DNA of 64,000 nt from assembly GCA_040954595.2 (NCBI GenBank), contig CM082588.2, positions 8,354,844 through 8,418,843 of the forward strand, written 5' to 3'. A program made the position numbers and the translations under genes. This document shows positions 11,582-25,372 of the stretch, one piece after another. Every line of letters starts with the position of its first letter. The stretch's first letter is position 1. The stretch is from Balanoglossus misakiensis. Taxonomy: Eukaryota; Animalia; Hemichordata. The notes beneath the pieces were generated by a model. That model made no database searches. It had not been told where the DNA came from and saw nothing but the letters and a program-made list of their open reading frames with translations.

Positions 11582-14500
11582 CTGAAAATTCTATTGAATA
11601 GTAAAAACAAAGTTTGGGTGATAAACTGATTTTAATTTTAAATTGAGATTGGTCTATTGAAAAAAAGCCTAGGCTTTTTTTATTATGGTATTCCAACATT
11701 CTGGGAGAGAATTGGGTTATATCAACCGGTGAATGACCTACTATTAAGCGCCAAAGCGTAAATTGTCACCCAAAAGAAACTAAAACAACCAAAATATCCG
11801 TCGTCAATATTGAGAGATTTCGTTCCTTCTGCTTTTTGAAGCGACACCCCCTTCGGAAAATCAGTTGAAAGTGACATAAACTAATAATTTAGTTTTAAAA
11901 TAAATATGCCTGACCATGTTAAGTATAATGATTTTGCAAGGAATGTCTATTGCAGGAAAGAGAAAAAAAACTGAAACGGAAGGTTTTCAGACCGAACTCT
12001 GAAATTCACTTTTGCTCCTAGACACAAGATTGTAATAGAAAATAAATACGGCCTATAATCGAACTTGTTGGGAGCACATTTTGTTTATTTGGAGCAGATG
12101 ATATAACGGATGGATGGATATGTTGCAGATAACTACATTACCTTCGATGTTTTTGTCTACAGGTGGCGCAGTTGTAGTTTTTGTTTCCTGAAGTTCGTCG
12201 ATAGTCTGACGTAACTGTCGGATGTTGTCTTTCAGCTTGGTATTTGTCGTGAGTAGTTTGGAACTTTGAGTTTCACTGCTTTCCAGCATTTCCTTCAGAA
12301 GCTCACGTGACTGCTCACTTTCTTCACTTTTCCCCTTAAGGATCGTATAATCCATCTTCTTGGATTGCAGTAGTTCTCTAATCTCCTTGATTTCGTTAAA
12401 GAGCGAAGTGATGACGGAGAGATAGTTGTCTGTCGAGATTGGTTCCAAGACACGAGCAGCTCCTTCTTTTGATAAAGATTCCGCCAGAATCTTGTCCGAC
12501 TCTTTGGTGCCAGTTTTCAAGATGTTGACGCCATTTTGATTGACCAATCTCTTCATTTCTGATGAAAATGTGATTTAACATAGTTAGCAAAATGTTATTT
12601 ATGATCGATGTGATGTAACCCCCTTTGCAATTGGGTCGGAGGTCGTGAAATGCAAATAAATGGGCACTATCTATTTTACTTTACGCTCGATGTGCAAATC
12701 AATGGCAGAATAGTACAGACCTATCTTTAAAGAATACTTCAACAAGCAGACATCTAGACCAAACCATTCCCTTTAGAACAAATTTTAACAGCAAGCTTAT
12801 TTGTTCTGATTAGTTGAATAGAGTATTGTTTGACCAACTTCCCTGCCTAAATGTTTGTGAACACTGACCTTCTCTATCATATCTAAATGTCTCTCCCTCT
12901 GGTAAGGTGATCGAAGACAACTGTTGGCTATCCAAAATCAAACACCGTCTGATTCCAAGGACACCAAGAACTTCTGGCCGTTCATCCAACAACGAAGACA
13001 ACTGTAGAGGGCGCTGTATTTTTAACAACAGTACGATTGGTGTCTGTGTGTCTCCCACATCAACATCTATCTCAGCTTCCAAAGTGCCGGAACCACCAAG
13101 TAGTTTTGATAAACCGATTCTGTTTTGGCGTGTGGCATAGACAGACCTGTCAGTCTCCACGGCAACAACTGCGCTCTTGTAATCTACATTAACAAACGAC
13201 GCAGAGAAAATCTCAATAAATGATATGTATTCTCATAAAAGAGTATTTTTTCAACAGTATTTTTTCTTCTGGTTGAATTCGTAAGTGCCTATGAAAAAAA
13301 ACACTTCAAACTCATAGCCTGTCAGCTAGAAACGAAAACAGTCATATGAACACTCAACTTGAAAAATAATTCTTGTTCTATGCTTTCATCCATAAATAAT
13401 TATTACCTTGTTTAGTCAACATCTCTCCAAGTTCTGTACAGTTTTCTCCACACAAACCACAGACCTCAGAAGATTTCACTTCCGGTACATAGCCTATAAT
13501 GATTAAAGTTACGAATTCGTCATGACATATATCGTTGATATCAATTTGCAATTTTAACATTGATCCATAAGAAATTGAGTGTACAATTGAAAATTTAGAC
13601 ATGGTGTCAGTTAGTGCAAAGCATTCACATGAAATTCACATGAAATCACTTTGAAATGGGTATGAATACAGGAACTTGAAAGTACACGTGTTCTGCTTGG
13701 GGAAAACACATAACACAGATACGAGTCTAGAACTGAAAATAACCAAAGGTTTCAGGTAAACTCCTTCATTTCAAACGAATACACAATGTTCGGCAACATT
13801 AACTAAATTGTTAAACTATTAGACTTGCCTTCCTTGATGTACTTCAATTCTGCCAGACATCGTTGATATCTCCATGTCTCTATGGTTGTCTTCAGGTTAA
13901 CGTCAGATACATTGAGTTTGTGGAGCAATTCGGGTGTGATCATGTCTGCTTTAAACAGATCTCCCAGTATCCCTTGCCTGTAGTCACGCCATAGTCTCTC
14001 CAGGGACTTTGATGTCTGGCATACCAATACAACATTCAGACTGCCCCGCTTGATTTCTTCAATTTGTATGTTTCCAACACTGTTGAGATGCTCTTTGACT
14101 TTTGGTAAATCGTTTTCAGAGCTGCTGTTGTTGATTATCTCATTTTCGATGAGTTCAACCTGGTCTGGAGTCAAGGTTGGACCGGATACCTCCAGGCTAA
14201 TCTCGATTTTACCTGAAATAACATCACTATATTAGATTCAATGTTTCTGGCTCTTTTTCTAAGTTACTAATTCAGAGTTACTTTTTCGAAATGAAGGTAC
14301 ACAATATGCAAAACGTCTGTTTATACAGTTTTAAAACTTCAATTATTTCAACTTTAATAACCCCTATCTATTTCATCTTCTGAAATAAGAATCTCCATTC
14401 CCATGATAGTCAGGAATGCGAAGGTCTTCAGTTATAGAGGAGAACCATTTGATTTCTGGAAAGAGGGTGGAGTATGTCACCAGCTTGTTCAGTCACTGTA

Positions 14501-16407
14501 GTCCTACGGCAGTTTTTTCGATTGTCTGTCTACCTTTTACTTCAAGGCAAGCCAGAAGCAAGTTCATTTCCTCATCATCATCTACCAACAATTCTTCCTC
14601 CAAAAAACCCCATCGTACCCTAGAAATCAAACGATTCTCCCCTTATTTGATTAATTGAAATGGCCGTCAATTAAACAACAGGATCTAGCCTACCCAGCTT
14701 AGATTTGAGAGTGTCTTCATGCGTTTGTCCAGCACCAGGATTTTGTTGGCCACCTTCACCAGTTTTATTCAAATCACCACTTTCTGGTCTATTGTTACTT
14801 GGGAGATCTTCAACCTGATTTTCTTTTTCTCTTCTACCGGAATTCGAGACTCGTTGTCCTTGGTCACGAACTGTTTCCTCTTCCCCTAGGGACGGATGTG
14901 AAAAACTCAGTTTACTATCACATTCACACTAATTGCACAAATGCTTCACATTTAAATTGATTCTGGTAAACCATTCAATTGCTTTTGTGTATTAAAATGC
15001 ATTTTATGCAACGGTAAATCACTGAGAGGCAAACATGCCGCTGTTAATATGTTAATATATTGTCATATTGTCATAACTGTGTATTGTCCAAAGCAACGTA
15101 TACAGTGCGTGCAACATTCTCTTTATCTATCGCTATTTACCCTTGGAAGGCTCTTCTGCAGGGTCATCGCATTCTGTAGGGCAAAATACACATTCCAACA
15201 GCTTGGTGTGATGGTCAGCAATAACACCACTCTCAGTGGATATTTGTAGTGCAGTCTTCAGGTCTTGTGCCGCATTCTTTGCACGGCCATATTCACTTAG
15301 GATATCCATGATAGCGCATACCCACTTTTCTTTTCCGCTGTCAATACTTTCGCTCGGTCCCACGTCACAAGTTTGTACACCAATGGAGGGGAAGTGTTCC
15401 TTTAGGAATGTTGCCAGACCTGATTGCTCTGGATGTAGTGTAGGCACACCAGCAGTGCAGGATAGAAGACCGAATACACCAAATGGGTCTCCTTTAGTTG
15501 TGCAATTTATCACGATGTCACACTGCTTCAAATCGTTCTCTAACTGGCTTATCGATGCGTTGTTTGGATACATGTGGATATTTAATCGATCGGACAGTGT
15601 CATCCTCTCAAGCCTCTGTTGACATTCCTCACACGGTTCAGAGGATACATATCCTCTTAACTTCCACTTGATTTTCGTAGAGAAATACTTGTATATGTCA
15701 GCAACTTTCCCCATGCCACGCGCTACTGCTTCGAATTCTTCCAGATCACGCAGCCCTGTTATGGTATGTACAGATAGGACATTGATGGTTTTACGTAAAC
15801 CGGTTTTATTCACGGAAAGATTGCCGACGTCTTTCTTCATGCAGGGAATGTATGCAACGTGCTCCACTTGTGAGTTTAGCAAAGGTTGAATCTTCACCTC
15901 AAACTCCTCATATACTGATGGTCCAACGGAGAGACTAACAGAGCACTTTTTTGCATATTCCAGCATTTCATCATCTTTGGCAGCCAAGTCTGAAGGATCT
16001 AGGTTCATGTTTTCCGGTGTGTCAGAATAGACAGGAACAAAGTCCGCAGATGGGAAAACCTCTGCCTGAATACTCTTTGCTGTACTGGCAGTTCCATCCT
16101 TACAAGCAGTACCATATACGGTCGTAATTGGGTGATATTTCTTTAACTGTTGAAAATAGTGTTCGTGTAAAATTAACCAATCACTTGTCGGCTTCCCCTC
16201 TTTGGTTGGGAGAATCAGCTCCACTCTATGACGCCTTGCTTCTTCAACTTCTTTGTCAGAAGCCTGTAACGCCATGAAGTAAACCTGGTTGTTTCCATCA
16301 GCAAGATCGATGGCCAATTGTCTCTCAGTAAGACATGTTGCAATATTGCGACTTCTCGGCCACCATTCCTCTCCGACAACCAACAGACGGTTCTTCACAT
16401 GTGCCAT
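9911..16407 (-). CDS. Array copy 2: GT4-like - TRADD-N-like - CxxC - X - coiled coil - IFIT-like TPR fusion protein (about 1331 aa)
   Basis: Exons 16407-15141, 14885-14694, 14212-13829, 13493-13407, 13183-12869, 12558-12142, 11581-11472, 11134-9911. Total 3996 nt, with every junction phase-compatible (…ATC GAA G|TT ACA…; CTT GAG|TGC AGA). Confidence 0.75.
13829..14212 (-). CDS. TRADD-N-like domain exon, copy 2
   Basis: 384-nt phase 1-1 exon, paralog of 1738-2121. Confidence 0.7.
15141..16407 (-). CDS. GT4/GT-B glycosyltransferase-like domain exon, copy 2
   Basis: 1267-nt coding exon with 'CDIVINCTTKGDPFGVFGLLSCTAGVP'. Near-identical to copy 4. Confidence 0.8.
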
Positions 16408-16499
16408 TTCTAATTGAGAATAAAATATGTTCGTGTTTATTGAGTTATCGGGGAATATTTCCACGGCTCATCGAAAGAGGAATGCTATGGAAGGTACAA

Positions 16500-19400
16500 T
16501 CATTATTACTGCAGACTCCTTGGCCTGCCACTCGGTGGATTGTCTGTCTCACAAAGCTCCGAGTGAGGGGTAATATTTCGGATTCGCCGAAACAGTGGAT
16601 GTTGTAATAGAAATACGTGTTGATACACGAAACGCTTAAAATCCCAGCTTTTCTTAAATAAGGTAAATGAATAGGAAAGGTCGCAGGTCACTATTTTGAG
16701 GTCTTGATATTTTATAATATGGCACTTTATAAGTCGCCTGTTCGTTTGTCTTAAATTCTACTATTAATAATTTTGTTTAAAAATTTGCGTACGGACTGAC
16801 GTTGTTCCCCGCAAAAACTGGCATTTTCTCCACGTGATATGAATATGAGATAAAATAGTCCCTGTTGAGAGAGTGTTAAAATGAAAACGTTGCTCTATTT
16901 CAAATTTGCTTTGCCATCACAATCAATACTAGTAAAAACTGCATTCATACATCACAGTACGGTACGCTGTAAACTAGTAAAATAAATTTTTGTTTTCCAT
17001 GAGTACATATATGCAAATAAAAATAACATGGAACTACTTTCTACTTGTAAACATTGAATGCCATGAATGCTAGAGCGGTGCAGTATGACCAGTGAAACGC
17101 GGTGATTATATCATTATTTGGTTTGTTATATGCTTGATCCTACCAACTCTCTTCAGTAGAATAACATATTTAGTTGTCGACCTTAAAACAACGAAAATTA
17201 CTCGTTATCGCCAGTTTTCTAGAATTGCGGATGCAATCTCGCGCTGGCGACAATGAAGAACTGACCCAAAATGACCTCATTTGCATACTACGTAACTTGG
17301 TTAAAAAAACAGACCATCGGCGGCTTGCTTATCACTCTCGCGTCATTCTACTCAAAATCAAGATGAAACGATCGAAACTTTCAATTTTCGTCGCTTTTCG
17401 AGATAACAATAATAACGGATTTCCCTGCCGTCTGCACACTTTTTGTGTGGACGGTACAGTGACTCGCTGTGCTGGTTAAAGAACTGCCACAGAATGACAG
17501 CTTCACTCGTAAAAAAATACTATGACAACAGTGGTGATAAAGCCAGTATTCTGCTGTAGTTTTACAATGGCATTCACATGATAGTGTTTGTGTTTGTGAC
17601 TAATTCATTTACGCCTTCAGCCTTGGCTGTCACAGATATTAACCGTAGGTCATACAGTCCAAAGTACGGCCACTTGAGTAGTGCATAGTAGGCTGTGGCC
17701 ACCAACTGTGTATATAGCATCACATGTATGCATCAATAGAATCGAACTGCCAGTAGACAAGACAGAGTCATATCGGTTAAGTATATGTAAGGTCATTTCA
17801 GGTTTCAGTCATGCACCTAATGTATCAGGCTGTTCCATCTTATGCTGCTGTTGTTGCTACTTATGTGAAAACCAAACCAATGGTTGCAATTGGGACAAGG
17901 AATCCAGTTTAGACAACCACTCTCCTTGATCTCCAGTAACGACGGTAGTTTCACGACGATAACCGGTATAGAATCGAAACGTTCAAAACCCTTAATTGGT
18001 ACTGACGCGAGCTTTGATGACTGTCTGAACGTTGTCCACACACGCCCTCCCGCTCACATCTTTGTGACTAGATGACTTCCTACGACATCTAATGAAGTTG
18101 TTCAAGACTACATAAAAAGAAGACAGGTATTGATACGAAATGCGAAAACCTGAAAACAAAATATGAGACTTATTCCTCCTTCCTTATTGAAGCACCACAC
18201 GATCAGTATGCAAAGTTGTTTGATGCGACCGTTTTGCCTGCAGGTGCTCTCGTGAGAAAATACTCGCAACCAAAATCTAAATGACACTTCGCATCGCTTC
18301 TTTACCGCGTTCACCTTAAATATATCACAAATCACACTCTTTTTATACCGACAACTTTAAGAATTAATACTTATACCCCACCCACACCCATTTACGACTA
18401 GATTTATGGCTAAACAATTAACAACACGATTTATGCGAGATTTACAGAAAAACAAATTACATTAATATGATGAAGCGGAATGTGGAAACTTTACAGAAAC
18501 ATATTCACCTTCCTACATGACCGAAAATATGTCAATAAATAATTACACCTTGAGAATGAAAATCTCGGTCACTATAAAATATTTCTTAAATACCATATAC
18601 CTGGCAAATGATTCACTTTAACATTCATTAAAGCCTGACTAATTTGTCAACAGACATTAAGCCTGTATATTACTAAAATATCAATTCGACTGCCATCTTT
18701 CTACTTCTTGTATGACCGAAAACTTCAAGAATAAATACTTATACTCTACAAAATATATGGTTATTTTCTGGTATGCGTCTGTTAAAAGCAAGTCATCTCA
18801 TAACAATAAATCATTGTTCGTTCGTGTATAAATCGATCTCACGTGACAGATATACGCCCTTCAACCAGGTTTTACCTTACGCTCTGTACGTTTGCAAATG
18901 AAATGTTTACTGTTGTTTCAGAACCTGCCCCGTCCCTACGCATGGTAATTTCGAGTTGTGCAGACAACTGATTCTCAGAGCAGCTCATTATCGAATTAAT
19001 TCTAGCGACTAAGTTCTGTCGTGTATTTCGGTGATTCCTCACCTGTTGAAGAGTTTCGCCGTCTCTCTGTGTTCAACGATGGTCTTCGAAGATTCAAACC
19101 AGAGAGGCTACACAAACGTGTAAAAGACTTGAGTTACGAATAATCAGGTCTCTGCAGCATTTTCAACTCTTGCGGAACATAATACGTCACACCGCCATTT
19201 TGGTCGTCGGACAACAGACAAAAAATGGCCGGTGTGGTTGGTTATTACCACATCGAGGCTCACGCGGACTTTGAACGTTGGTGTAAATTCTTGTATTAAG
19301 GCACATCAACAACTCAGCAAATATACTTCTATTGGACAAACCAAGGTGGCAAAGTGTAATTCGCTGTATGTCAGTTCATATTGACATAGTGACAATCGGA

Positions 19401-20660
19401 AATTGTAGAAGATTGAGGAATCAGGAATGTATACCACTTCCCTATCGAATTCTCTAGGTTTTCATTTCCTTATACTGTTTTAGGAATTCCTAACCCTCTA
19501 ATATCTGTCAATTTCGTCACAATTAAACCAGTTGGGATCGTAGTTTTTCTTCTTCGTGTGTTTCGTATATGTTGTATGCGTGCAATACTGATCATACGAC
19601 ATAATGAGTACCTTCGTGTTATTTGTATGATTCGCATGTTGAACACAGCTGTCATTACCAAATGTTTTTTTCCCGCAAAAAATGCAGTACTAACAAACAA
19701 ACAAACAAACAAACACATTTAAAATCGTGGTACTCGTCGTGATCAAGCGCTGAACTGTACGATATTCGACATAATTCAAATCTACAAACATTCCGCAAAT
19801 GTTCTGTCCTCCAATAAATATCACTTCTTGATACCAGTGGGAAGTTTTTAAATTTGATAAAGAATATCAAGAATGTTTAGGTAGGGCATCCATTACTTAA
19901 CGAATGACATTTTCTGACATCACAAGAAAAAAGACAACAAAATCATCTGTGTGTTTAGTAAAAACACACGTCGAGCTAAAATGTCAATTACTGTATTTTT
20001 GTCATCTTGAATCACTTTTAAGTGGTGGCTTTGCTCAATAGCCCCAGGTGAAAAGGCAAAAGATTGTCCGTTCTAGGTCCTAGTTTGTGTGGACTCTGTC
20101 AGTAGAAGTCCAACCTTGGGAAGCAGAAGGAACTTTGTACTGGGAGTTAAATGAGTGGGCCAGAAATTGAGTACAAACCTGTTTGTTTCTTTGAGATACA
20201 ATGGTGAACTCCGATTTAAAGCGCCAACAGCTGCCAATTTTTGAATTAATTTAAGTTTTTTTCACACTAAGAAAGGTCCATATTAATGACCTAAATGTTA
20301 TTATGAACTTCTGATTGTTGATTACTTTGAAATATGAGCAAATTGAATAGGAATAGGTGCTGCACCCGTTTTTTCAGCCGCCAATCGCAAAAGTAAACAA
20401 ACACCGTGGCATGCGTGCATGGGTATTAAAAAAAACCACAGAGTCAAAATAGCGTCATTTATCGGCTAAGGATGAGGATCGGAGTATTTTAATGGATTAA
20501 ATTAGTTTCTATTAATGAAACGTACGGAAGTTGATCAAAAACCAGACACTTATCCCTTAGGTGAAAACAATATGTTGTGGGACATGTGAAAATGTTTAGC
20601 ATAGCATGTAATCTTTTTCGAATATGTGCGTAATTAAAGTTGTCCGCGCCAGGGCTAAAA
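16500..20660. repeat. Upstream non-coding block shared by copies 2, 3 and 4 (paralogs about 36650-40305 and 60500-64000; part also at 4890-5790)
   Basis: Long near-identical non-coding stretches readable in all three places, e.g. 18061-19000, 37741-38680 and 61900-62800. Confidence 0.9.
19043..19500 (-). promoter_or_regulatory. Putative promoter and non-coding first exon of copy 2 (paralogs end at 38713 and 62858)
   Basis: Strong donor CAG|gtgagg at 19043, YY1-type CCGCCATTTT at 19192, ETS-type CACTTCC at about 19435, GGAAATGAAAA (IRF/ETS-like, minus strand) at about 19460. The GT exon needs an upstream exon because an acceptor lies 2 nt before its ATG. Confidence 0.35.
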
Positions 20661-21203
20661 CAAGTAGGGTTGTGGCAAGATCGATTTGTCAAGTTCATCT
20701 TTATTTACATCATTTTGAGCGCTGAATGAGGTGCCTAAACACATATACTCCATGTGACCGGGTGTCTTGACACTGCCTTCTATAGGATTTGCATGACGGC
20801 GATTTTTTTATTAAATTGTTCATAACTTTGGTTTATTCATTGCCCGGTGTCACCAAAAACTAATTAGTTATTGCAATTCCAAAATAGAATCTGTGTACCA
20901 AAGCTAATCGAAATCTGATCAGTCGTTCTCTTGACATACGGTGCTAACAGGCAGACACAGACATATTGCAAACACATACACAGAGAACGCACGATAACAT
21001 CATCACTCACGTGAGGTAAACAAGGTGCGAGCTGTGTTAGAAGAAAATCTGGTCAACTAGAAAAGTAGGTTTTGCACTTAATTAGCATTAAGGGCTGTGG
21101 TAGCAGGAATGAAGTAAAACGTTACCATACCGAAAAATCCAATGGGGACAACCATTTGGAAAAAAAGTAGCAACAGGTACAAGATTGAGCTGTAGAACTG
21201 CAG

Positions 21204-23440
21204 ATGTCAGCGCCAAAACGCTTCAGTATTAATCCTTACAGGAAGTCAAATAAACCTTGGATAAATACAGGTATCAAAAGGTCAATTAAGCGAAAGCATA
21301 AATTCTCTAGGGTCATAAAAAGTAATTATAACCATGTGGTCCTAGAAAAATATAAAATTCATCGTAATATTCTTACAAATGTCCTGAAGATGGCTAAACA
21401 GAATTATTATTCTGAACAGTTTGAAAAACACTGTGGAAATATTAATAAAACTTGGGAAGTTGTCAATGATATTTTAGTCAAGGGGAAAAAGAAAATAGCT
21501 TTGCCCAATAATTTGGAAATTTATTCCCAAGATTCTGGTGCCACCATTAATGTTACTGACCAGCGTTCGATAATTGATGAGTTCAATAAATATTTCATTT
21601 CAGTTGGGGAAAAGTTAGCACAAGATACCAGCTATACAGGAAACCACAAAAAGTACTTATCTAACATTCCACCAAATTCTCTTTTTCTTCGTGGTGTAAC
21701 TAATGAGGAAGGTTTAGATATTTTAAATAGTTTGGATAAAAATAAAGCTGTTGGGATTGATCAAATTACCCCAAAACTTATTCTCTATGCTAAAGATTAT
21801 ATCTCAAGACCACTGACATAATTAATTAATTTAACACTTTCCACTGGAGTCTTCCCAGATGAGCTGAAAATTGCAAAGGTAAGTCCAGTCTATAAAAAAG
21901 GTGAAATGTCTGACCCAGGAAATTATAGACCAGTCTTTGTGTTGCCACAGTTTAGTAAAGTTTTTGAAAAAATAATGAACAGACAATTAGTATGTTATTT
22001 AAATAATTTTGATTTATTGTACTGTCATCAGTATGGGCTTCGAGAGAAGTATAGCACAAAACTTGCTATTGTTGATCTAGTCCAAAAAAATATCCGAAGA
22101 AATCGACTCAGGGAACACTGTTATTGGGATTTTCCTAGATTTAAAAATAGCCTTTGATACAGTAAACCATGAAATTTTAATCAGTAAATTAACATGCATA
22201 TGGAATACGGGGAATTATTTTGGACATTTTAGGAAACTATTTATGTAATAGAAAATAGTATACTACAGCAAATGGCATAGAGTCTACGAACCTACCAATA
22301 ACATGTGGTGTTCCTCAGGGGTCTGTTTTAGGTCCTTCATTGTTTTTGATCTGTGTTAATGATATTGCAAATTCAACAACTTTCTTTCATACACGTTTAT
22401 TTGCAGATGATACAAGTCTGTTTCACTCTTTTGACTCTCTGCTATTATTGACCCGGAACAAGTAAATGGTCAATTGAATTACATTGTTGACTGGTGTAAC
22501 ACCAACAAATTAACTATAAATACTAAGAAGACCGAATATATAATCTTTCAGGGGAAAAATACTTCAGTCTTTTCATAAAGGGAGAGCGTATTGTTGAAGT
22601 ACAATCCAAGACGTACATTGGGACTGTCCTGGATAATAGACTTTCATGGAAAGAACATATAGCTAAAATCAATAGAACTGTTAGCCAAAAGGCAGGCATA
22701 CTTTACATCATGAAATACATTGTTCCCCAAACTATTTTGTTATTACTTTACAACTGTTTCATCTTGCCTCATATATTATATGCTTTAGAAGTTTGGGGAA
22801 ATGCTTATAAATCCCATTTGAAGCTAATACATCTTACTCAAAAACGGGTAATACGTACACTCACACACTCAGAGAGACTCGAACATACACCTCCATTATT
22901 TAATAGGCTGGGAATATTTGATATATATAGGCAACATGAGTATCAAGTAGCACTATTTGTTTACCATTATATTCATACAAACTTCCCACTAACAATTCTA
23001 CAGTACTTTGTTAATATTGAACACATTTATCCAACAAGGTCAAAAGATAAAGGAAATCTTCCGGTTCCCAAATACGCCACAAATGTGGGTCAACATACAG
23101 TGAAATACTATGGTGCTCAAATATGGAATCAATTTCTGCAACATATCAAATCTGTTTCATCAAAGTCATGCTTTAAAAAAGAATTGAAAAAGTATTATTT
23201 ATCCATTTGACTGCTGTGTTTTTAGAAGTGAAACATACTGAATTTGGATTTTTATGTACAAACTCGCATTGTTATCGCCCTGTATTCTGCAATTGCATTA
23301 TGTATGGGGGACTGGACTCGACTAGTGTTACACTATTTTCTAGTCCCCTCCCATCTTATACCTATTGTATTCTTCATTCCTTTGTTAACTTTGTTTATTT
23401 GTATCAGAATAAGGGAAATAAACTTATTATTATCATTGTT
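21204..23440 (+). mobile_element. 5'-truncated, frameshifted non-LTR retrotransposon (CR1/L2/Jockey-group LINE ORF2)
   Basis: Motifs KPWI, KA.G.D.I, 'DPGNYRP', 'FLDLK.AFDTV.H', 'GVPQGSVLGP', 'LFADDT' spread over several frames. C-terminal 'LYNCFILPHILY..EVWG...QKRVIR'. Ends in AATAAA plus an (ATT)n-like tail. Confidence 0.9.
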
Positions 23441-24374
23441 ACAGGCTTGTCTGGCATCGAGGGCGTAGTATACGACTAGAAATTAGGTGTACTCGCTACA
23501 ACAGGGCCAACAACATCAGTGGTCTGAGAACAAGTGTGATGGATTTGAACACAAATTTCAACTACTTTCAGAACTCATAATGATTCCAATCAAGTCTGTG
23601 AATTTAACTGAACAATCCAAAAATGATACTATTTGCCTTCTATAGCAATGTCTGTTTTTCCTTATCCCTAATTTCCTACAAGGAAATAACTTCTAAAATG
23701 GCCACTAAAAGTGACCTCAGATGACCCCTGCACAGCCACAGAGATCAAATAAATAGATTCGCTGTTTGAATAGTTATTTTTGCAGCAAATCTGTTTAACA
23801 AGTCATGGTTCAAATGATTCTTTGTGCACTTATTGTTTATGTATGTCTAGAATTACAGCAGATTGCAGCAAAAAACACTTCTTTCATTTAAGAAAAAATG
23901 GTCGGAATCCTACCTGTCGTGAGTATCTCCACCTGTTGCAGTCTGTAAAACATTGACTGGATGTGATGCCCTCTACGGTAGCTTCTTGCGTTTATGTGGG
24001 TCAGGGTCGTTTGGTCCCTGGGACTTGATGTGGGTCCAATCGAAGCACTCCACTCCTCATTATGAAGAACTAATAAAACGACTTTTGGGTGTATTACCAG
24101 CTGGGACAAGTGGCACTGGGGGAGACATGTGCTTAAAAATTCATTTCTATATTTCTTCAATGTATTTTACAGGCAGTTTTCATTTGTCCTCAACAGTAAA
24201 AGACATGGTAAAAGCACAACTTTTAAACTGAACTGAAGTTGAAACTTTTTTTTCGATAATTTGAATAACACTCGATGAATTACACATCATAGAACTTGAA
24301 AATGAGAATTGTACAATAGCATCGACTTAGTAGCATTATAAAACAATTTCATAGTGGCATCTCATTATTAATAA

Positions 24375-24537
24375 CAGTAAAACCTGTGTAAACCTAAAAC
24401 CAAAGGGACTGAAGAAATTGTTCAGTTTGCAGAGCTGTCCCGTTTATGGAGTTCTTTTAATATGTGGTTATGGAAAATGTGTTTGGTATAAACAAGTTTC
24501 CAGATTAGACACAATTCGGTTTAGACATGTTTTACTG
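24375..24537. mobile_element. Tc1/pogo-type MITE (paralog about 41978-42153)
   Basis: CAGTAAAACCTGTGTAAACC ... GGTTTAGACATGTTTTACTG followed by TA. Confidence 0.6.
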
Positions 24538-24933
24538 TATTTAGGCTAAAGTAAGTAAATTCTTATGTTTTGCATCCATAGGTTTTCAGAGGTTTTAGAC
24601 AAAAACACACATAGAAATTTCCCACATCAAGGATATTGAGTTAAAAAAATAAGCCATGACTTTTCTACTGGTACTTCAGCAATAAACTTGTTTTTGTGAT
24701 TTTCTGGCTCTCGCCAAGTTCACGAAAATTTAACATATGCAAAAATCTACAGTAAAATATCCTATCTTTATCAATTATATACACATGAATATAAAGATAT
24801 AGATCTTTGTTCGTATGTGCTTCTATACATGTTGGTGTAGAAAACCTATATACATGAAAATGTTCAGTAACACTGAAAAACACATCTGTTGCTAGAAAGA
24901 TACATATAGCATTATTCATATTTTACACATTAA

Positions 24934-25177
24934 AGGGAAACGTTACCTTGCTAGTAAAGGGGTTCTTATGAAATCTGTGTAAAAAACTGGAGTGATATGT
25001 GTCAGATTTATTCACTTTCACTTATTGGTAGCAGTGTGGCGTTGTTCGAGGTATGCAGAGGTCACTTATATGCCACACTGCAACCGATAAATAAAGGTGA
25101 GCAAAACTGACACAGACCACTCCAGTATTTACACATATTTTATTACAAACCCTTTACTAGCATGGTAACGTTTCCCT
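24934..25177. mobile_element. Palindromic MITE, TTAA-flanked, Kolobok/piggyBac-like (paralog about 42558-42801)
   Basis: ttaa|AGGGAAACGTTACCTTGCTAGTAAAGGG ... CCCTTTACTAGCATGGTAACGTTTCCCT|caa, with long imperfect inverted arms. Confidence 0.65.
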
Positions 25178-25372
25178 CAATTCGGCTAACAATATGTTTT
25201 TGTCAAGAATTCCTCCTCTGGGGAATGAAAGCATAAGGTAGCTGCCAACCATAGATTAAGTGCCATGGGAGTCTTGGCATTTAATTAATTTGTACCTTTC
25301 ATGAGAATTCCGGTATTTCCCTTATCACCGCAACAGTCTGGAGATATGCGGCGAATGCATATGGTTCTTAAT

